Origin: a virus
Taxonomy: Duplodnaviria; Caudoviricetes
Virus record (IMG/VR): IMGVR_UViG_3300031707_000122
Location: 1 to 29,553 of that record
Reading direction: 5' to 3' (one strand)
Length of the DNA stretch: 29,553 nt
Notes under the pieces: model-generated
Database searches by the model: none
Seen by the model: only the letters and a program-made list of their open reading frames with translations
Told to the model about the DNA's origin: nothing
Made by a program: the position numbers and the translations under genes
Shown here: positions 25,406-29,553 of the stretch, in pieces
Layout: every line of letters begins with the position of its first letter
Position numbering within the stretch: the first letter of the stretch is position 1

Positions 25406-26824
25406 TTAGTTTATTCTCCTCCTTCCGCTTAGATTTACTGTCTCTTGATCAAGACTCGCGGGGATGGTTCTTTGTTTTGCCCATTGCCTCAAGGCTCCAA
25501 TTTTATCCGCCATGCTTTGGGATAAGGGCATAACATAGGCTTCTGCTTCCTTGATGGTGGTTTGCATCATGGCTGCGATACGGCATAGGCTCTTTATCTC
25601 CGCTCCGCTCCATCCTTCGGTGGTAGTGGGTTCCCCTTCAACATGATATTGATGTTGATAAAGGTCTAAGATGATTTTCCGCTCGCGGCTTGTAGGCAAG
25701 TCAACAAAGAAAATAGCATCCCATCGCTCAGCGCGTAGGAATTCGGGGGGTATTTTGGTAATGTCATTGCAGGTAGCAATAACAAACACTCGGCTTTTAT
25801 GATCGTTTAGCCAGGTCAAGAAAGTCCCAAATACTCGGCTTCCGGTTCCTCCGTCTGTCTGTCCGCTCGATTGAATACCGCTTAAACCTTTTTCTATCTC
25901 GTCGATAAAGAGAATGCAGGGGCTAAAGGCGTCGATTATCTTGAGTGCTTCGCGGATTCTACTTTCGCTCTCTCCCACCAGGCTTCCAAACATACGGCCA
26001 AAGTCGAGACCCGCGGTGGGGATGCCCAGGGCTTTTCCTAATCCCTTGGCAAAATGGCTCTTGCCAGTTCCTGGAGTCCCAAGCAATAACACTCCTTTGG
26101 CTAAAGGGCTGCGGGCTATCTTAAGGCAAAATTGCTTGAGGTTGTCTAATCCTCCCAAGTTCTCTAAGGTCTCGTCGTAGTTCTCAAGCATAAGGCTCGC
26201 GTTCTTCCTGATAAGCTGTGTTTTCTGCTCGACGATTACGGCGGGGTCAAACTTCTTCTTAGTTACTAGAGATAGGGCCAGCGCGTTTTCAAACTCGAAT
26301 GAGGTCAAACCTTTCGCGGCTTCTAAGATAAGGTCGGTCTCTTCTTCGGTGGGCATGGGCATCTTGGCGGAGTCTGCCATATACATGAGAGTTTTTTTCA
26401 AGGTCTCTTTATCCGGTAGATCGAAGTTTAAGACGGTGAAAACTTTTTCAAGCTCGGTGGGGATTTCGACGATGGGCGCTAATACAATGATCGTTTTTCC
26501 GTTTGCCTTGTAAAGATCCACAAGGTTTAAAACTTCTTGAATATTTTCTATTACTTTGATGTATCTATGGAAATTGTGAAGGAAAAGAATCGCCCTTCCT
26601 TCCCCTGTTGCTCCGGTGGCTAAAAAGCCAATGGCTTTCAGCGGATCCGGTTCTTCCTTCTTAAAGGGGCCTTTTACCGCTCTAAATCCTTGCTGGCAAT
26701 CCCACTGAAAAGGCTTGTAGCCTGCTTGGGCTGCTTCCTCTCCCCACTCGCTCACAGTCCTTTGAGACTCGCTCGTTTGTACCCATAGGGCGGGGAAGCC
26801 CGCTCTTAAGTGTTCTATAAACAT
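25406..26824 (-). CDS. AAA+ ATPase, Ycf46-like
   Basis: Walker A GTPGTGKS, Walker B ILFIDEIEK, pore loop SLVGESE, ATCN sensor, PPEFLRAERWD; degenerate first AAA domain; AGGAGG RBS before ATG 26824. Confidence 0.93.
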   Translation of the reverse strand: MFIEHLRAGFPALWVQTSESQRTVSEWGEEAAQAGYKPFQWDCQQGFRAVKGPFKKEEPDPLKAIGFLATGATGEGRAILFLHNFHRYIKVIENIQEVLNLVDLYKANGKTIIVLAPIVEIPTELEKVFTVLNFDLPDKETLKKTLMYMADSAKMPMPTEEETDLILEAAKGLTSFEFENALALSLVTKKKFDPAVIVEQKTQLIRKNASLMLENYDETLENLGGLDNLKQFCLKIARSPLAKGVLLLGTPGTGKSHFAKGLGKALGIPTAGLDFGRMFGSLVGESESRIREALKIIDAFSPCILFIDEIEKGLSGIQSSGQTDGGTGSRVFGTFLTWLNDHKSRVFVIATCNDITKIPPEFLRAERWDAIFFVDLPTSRERKIILDLYQHQYHVEGEPTTTEGWSGAEIKSLCRIAAMMQTTIKEAEAYVMPLSQSMADKIGALRQWAKQRTIPASLDQETVNLSGRRRIN

Positions 26825-27014
26825 AATCTTTACTTCCTCCTTTCTTGGCCTCTTCGCACTCAATAGCTAATTCTCCATCAGGGCCAATTTTCTGGAGTAT
26901 GCTTTTTAGGTGATCTTTCCATTTTCGATCAGTGGATACAACTTGCCCAACTTCATACTTATCGCGAACTGCGTAATAGATTTCTATCCAGTCTTCTTTT
27001 GTTAGATTAAGCAT
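26682..27014 (-). CDS. Hypothetical protein
   Basis: GGAGG RBS before ATG 27014 (MLNLTKEDWIEIYYA); tail overlaps the ATPase gene. Confidence 0.6.
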   Translation of the reverse strand: MLNLTKEDWIEIYYAVRDKYEVGQVVSTDRKWKDHLKSILQKIGPDGELAIECEEAKKGGSKDYVYRTLKSGLPRPMGTNERVSKDCERVGRGSSPSRLQAFSVGLPARI

Positions 27015-27034
27015 TTCTTGATCTTTCCTCCCGC

Positions 27035-27217
27035 TCAAGCCGTGGCCTCTTTCCCGTGCGTCAAGTAATACGGCATTACTAACTGGGCCGCGCAATAGTC
27101 ACAGATTTCTTTTTTCTGTTCGGCGCCCACTTTCACGGCGTCCTCTATACCGGATACTTCCGTAGGCTCGAATTGGACGTGGCCACATCGTCGCATAGTC
27201 ACAATGATCAACTTCAT
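27035..27217 (-). CDS. Small putative Zn-binding protein
   Basis: CGH...CDYC; GGGAGG RBS. Confidence 0.65.
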   Translation of the reverse strand: MKLIIVTMRRCGHVQFEPTEVSGIEDAVKVGAEQKKEICDYCAAQLVMPYYLTHGKEATA

Positions 27218-27227
27218 TTTTTCCTCC

Positions 27228-27332
27228 CTAAAAAGACGAAAATTTAAGCGCTGTCTTCGCCATTACCCAAAGGATTATAAACAAAGGAAAGCATACCCCG
27301 AGAATGGCTATAGTCCATTGGATCAACTTCAT
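27228..27332 (-). CDS. 34 aa single-TM micro-protein
   Basis: MKLIQWTIAILGVCFPLFIILWVMAKTALKFSSF; ATGA-coupled; GAGGAGG RBS. Confidence 0.55.
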   Translation of the reverse strand: MKLIQWTIAILGVCFPLFIILWVMAKTALKFSSF

Positions 27333-27592
27333 ATCGCGGCCTCCTCGCTTCCGTTTCCCTTGTTCTTCTCGATAACAAGGGCCTCGACCATTTCTTTTTC
27401 CAGACGATCTAAGACTTGATTGGGTGGATTTTCAAGATTTGCAAGCTCTTGTTCCTGGTCTGCGATTATTTCCCCAAGTTCGCGCTTTTCGTCGATGGCT
27501 GCGCAGAGAGGACAAAAATCCTCGGCGAAGATAACCACGGCCTGCAGGTGCTCTTGGCATGTTCTCAACTCCAAAGTGGCTTTGATGGTCAT
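27329..27592 (-). CDS. Zn-finger + coiled-coil protein
   Basis: CQEH...CPLC followed by an acidic helix. Confidence 0.7.
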   Translation of the reverse strand: MTIKATLELRTCQEHLQAVVIFAEDFCPLCAAIDEKRELGEIIADQEQELANLENPPNQVLDRLEKEMVEALVIEKNKGNGSEEAAI

Positions 27593-27605
27593 AGGGTTCC
27601 TTTCC

Positions 27606-27839
27606 TTAAATTATTCGGTCAATGACTGTTCCTGATATTCTTTCCGACTTGATGATCTTCCGCCAAAAGTCCACGGTGTTCCAATACTCTTTGGCTTCCC
27701 GATAATTCTTCTCATAACATTCTGAGCATTCAACCCAAGCATCTAACTCCATGGCGGTCATGGCTCCATTTTTAGCCTGGATTTCAATTTCCACGGGCTT
27801 TCCACAACACCAACATTCAACCTCTATTTTTATTGTCAC
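27606..27839 (-). CDS. Small Zn-ribbon protein
   Basis: CWCC...CSEC; AAGGAG RBS. Confidence 0.7.
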   Translation of the reverse strand: MTIKIEVECWCCGKPVEIEIQAKNGAMTAMELDAWVECSECYEKNYREAKEYWNTVDFWRKIIKSERISGTVIDRII

Positions 27840-27906
27840 GACTTTCTCTCCTTCCGAAGGTTAGAATCACAACTCCGACGATTAAGGCAATAATGATGGC
27901 CTGCAA
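27817..27906 (-). CDS. 29 aa single-TM micro-protein
   Basis: TTG start with AAGGAG RBS; MQAIIIALIVGVVILTFGRRESRDNKNRG. Confidence 0.5.
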   Translation of the reverse strand: MQAIIIALIVGVVILTFGRRESRDNKNRG

Positions 27907-27923
27907 ACTATCTCCTTCTTTCT

Positions 27924-28397
27924 TTAGACTAACCTTGGCTGGCCATTGGCCTGAGTTGGCTTTATTAGACCAGCTTCAGTAAAGGAAGAATACTTCCCGT
28001 CAATCCCAAGGATGATATGATCCAATAATCTTATGCCCAGAAGGGCCAAAGCATTTTCAATTACTGAGGTTAAGTTCTTGTCATCCAACGAGGGTCCCGG
28101 ATCTCCGCTTGGATGGTTATGGACGAGCACCACGCTCGCGGCGCCAGCTAAAAGAGTATGCTTCGCTATCTCGCGGGGATAGATGATGGATCGGTCAATA
28201 CTGCCTGGCTGGATGGTAATCCCTAATAGATGGTTTCTCTGGTCCAGGTAGATGACTATCATTTTCTCTATGTCTGAATTCTGAAGTTCGTGGGCGAAGG
28301 CGACCACCGTTTCAGGGGAATTCAGGGTGCGGTGTGCGTCATAAGGGAAGTCAGGCTCTTTAATTCTTCTGCTCTCTAACCGATACGCAAAGCTCAT
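27924..28397 (-). CDS. radC: RadC-like JAB-domain protein
   Basis: IYPREI, HNHPSGDPGPSLDD, LLDHIILG. Confidence 0.93.
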   Translation of the reverse strand: MSFAYRLESRRIKEPDFPYDAHRTLNSPETVVAFAHELQNSDIEKMIVIYLDQRNHLLGITIQPGSIDRSIIYPREIAKHTLLAGAASVVLVHNHPSGDPGPSLDDKNLTSVIENALALLGIRLLDHIILGIDGKYSSFTEAGLIKPTQANGQPRLV

Positions 28398-28479
28398 TAC
28401 TCTTGGCCTCCTTCCATGGCTAAATTCTTTTCAAGCTCGTCCATGGCGTCTGCTGCGGCCTTCTCGATGGCCTCGTCGC

Positions 28480-28674
28480 TCAGGAATTCCTTGTAATCCC
28501 GCTCTCAAGGAAATCGATCAGCGCCCAAAGATTGGAGTCAAGCTCCTGGATCTCGTTGATGGTTAGCTGCGGTAATTCTACGTTGCTGTACTCTGGGTTT
28601 TTTAACAGGATGTCGCGGATCTTCGCGGCGCCCTCCAGAATCGAGTGTAAATATCTTGGTTCTATTTTTGGCAT
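28480..28674 (-). CDS. Hypothetical protein, possibly frameshifted
   Basis: AAGGAGG RBS; first ORF after the sigma-54 promoter. Confidence 0.6.
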   Translation of the reverse strand: MPKIEPRYLHSILEGAAKIRDILLKNPEYSNVELPQLTINEIQELDSNLWALIDFLESGITRNS

Positions 28675-28721
28675 GGCCCTGAATCCTCCTTCTTGGGGAT
28701 ATTTTCTTTGTTTTTATATAT

Positions 28722-28737
28722 AGCAAACCGCGTGCCA
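28722..28737 (-). promoter_or_regulatory. Sigma-54 (RpoN) -24/-12 promoter
   Basis: TGGCACG-CGGT-TTGCT, a full match to TGGCACGN4TTGCW, about 50 nt upstream of the first ATG. Confidence 0.82.
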
Positions 28738-28976
28738 GAAGTCCACTTCCAGTGTAAAATAATCATCAAAAGTTTATCAGTATAATTCATTGGTTATGAA
28801 TGATTTAAATCGAAGGCGATGAAATACTTCACCAAGAGTGTTCAAGGGTGGCAAAAAATGTCCATTTTTGTCTGTAAAATGTCAATTATGGAAGAGGATT
28901 AGACTATGAACGGGTAGGAACTGATGGTATTGAAGAGGATAAAATAGGAAAGGCCAATGATTATGCTTTATTGGCT

Positions 28977-29040
28977 TATACTCTATGATACCCTATAGAT
29001 AGTCTATCGATAGTCTATGATACTCTATCGATAGTGTATA
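28977..29040. repeat. Six tandem 10-11 bp iteron-like repeats
   Basis: TATACTCTAT, GATACCCTATA, GATAGTCTATC, GATAGTCTAT, GATACTCTATC, GATAGTGTATA. Confidence 0.85.
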
Positions 29041-29110
29041 TTTTGCAACATAGGAATTGCCGTATTTGACAAAAAAGTGTAGCAATTTGCCACATGAGGC
29101 ATTTTGCCCC

Positions 29111-29119
29111 TGTGGATAA
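29111..29119 (-). promoter_or_regulatory. DnaA box
   Basis: TGTGGATAA, the reverse complement of the consensus TTATCCACA, between two iteron clusters. Confidence 0.6.
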
Positions 29120-29230
29120 GTCCTGTAAAAAAAAGACCAGCACGAGCGAAAAAAAATCAGTCAGGATTTTTCGTTTAGGGGAACTTGGCATCATGAAGTC
29201 ACGTTCTTTAAAGAAATCAACAAGAAAGGC

Positions 29231-29284
29231 GATAGAGTATCGATAGTCTATCGATACCCTTCTTATTCTTATTCTTATTCTTAT
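29231..29284. repeat. Second iteron cluster plus (TCTTAT)x4 AT-rich tract
   Basis: GATAGAGTATC GATAGTCTATC GATACCCT, then four TCTTAT units. Confidence 0.8.
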
Positions 29285-29553
29285 GTATTTAGTTCTTTCT
29301 TTATGAACCTTTCTTTCTTGTCAGCTCGAAAAGGCTCAAGTCTAAATCGGCGAAACGAAAACGTCTGATAATAGTTAAACTGTAAACTTCAGATGTAAAC
29401 TTTAGAGTGGCCGGCGAAACGAGAAGCCTTACAATCGATATCGGATACCGAATGGCTGTCACCCACGCACTTTGCCTCCAAAGGATGACAAGGCCAGCTT
29501 TCCAAAGTCCCGTCCTGGACGATTCTACGAGCCTGGCTTTTGACAGCTCCAGG

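Larger units (their letters stand above)
1..29553. mobile_element. Temperate bacteriophage genome segment (prophage or excised/virion form)
   Basis: Integrase, CI-like repressor, RecT/YqaJ, initiator, resolvase, Endo VII, a giant virion-type protein and dense coupled small ORFs; no host genes. Confidence 0.93.

Noticed and set aside
25406-26824. AAA ATPase as the sigma-54 enhancer-binding protein
   Set aside because: No GAFTGA loop or HTH; it has classic Ycf46/Cdc48-type motifs.
28977-29260. CRISPR array interpretation of the repeats
   Set aside because: Units are 10-11 bp and contiguous, with no spacers and no cas genes.
29348-29422. Short direct repeats CGGCGAAACGA x2 and TGTAAACTT x2
   Set aside because: Only two copies each near the window edge, and the downstream context is missing.

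Overview
The whole window reads as one temperate tailed-phage genome segment, with no host housekeeping genes. (1) 1-3141: 3' part of a giant polyvalent/internal-virion-type protein. (2) ~3056-17520: a tightly coupled leftward early/middle operon: CII-like regulator, two ParB-N proteins, YqaJ exonuclease, RecT, replication initiator, RuvC-like resolvase, ASCH, DUF5131, membrane-anchored SLT, tRNA-His, RNA ligase, NDT-like protein, Endo VII, and a GC-rich structured non-coding element. (3) 17559-19570: a switch with face-to-face promoters, a CI-like repressor, a leaderless Xis-like gene and a tyrosine integrase. (4) An attP-like region with paired TGAAGGCT arm repeats, followed by a putative nuclease + N6-adenine MTase cassette. 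(5) 22154-28737: a leftward operon behind a consensus sigma-54 promoter, carrying RadC, many micro-proteins and an AAA ATPase/Zn-ribbon/DUF1257/DUF2997/Cys-peptide/DUF3150 module of unknown function. (6) 28977-29284: a stand-alone iteron + DnaA-box origin candidate. Family names come from motif recognition by eye; no searches or folding programs were run.
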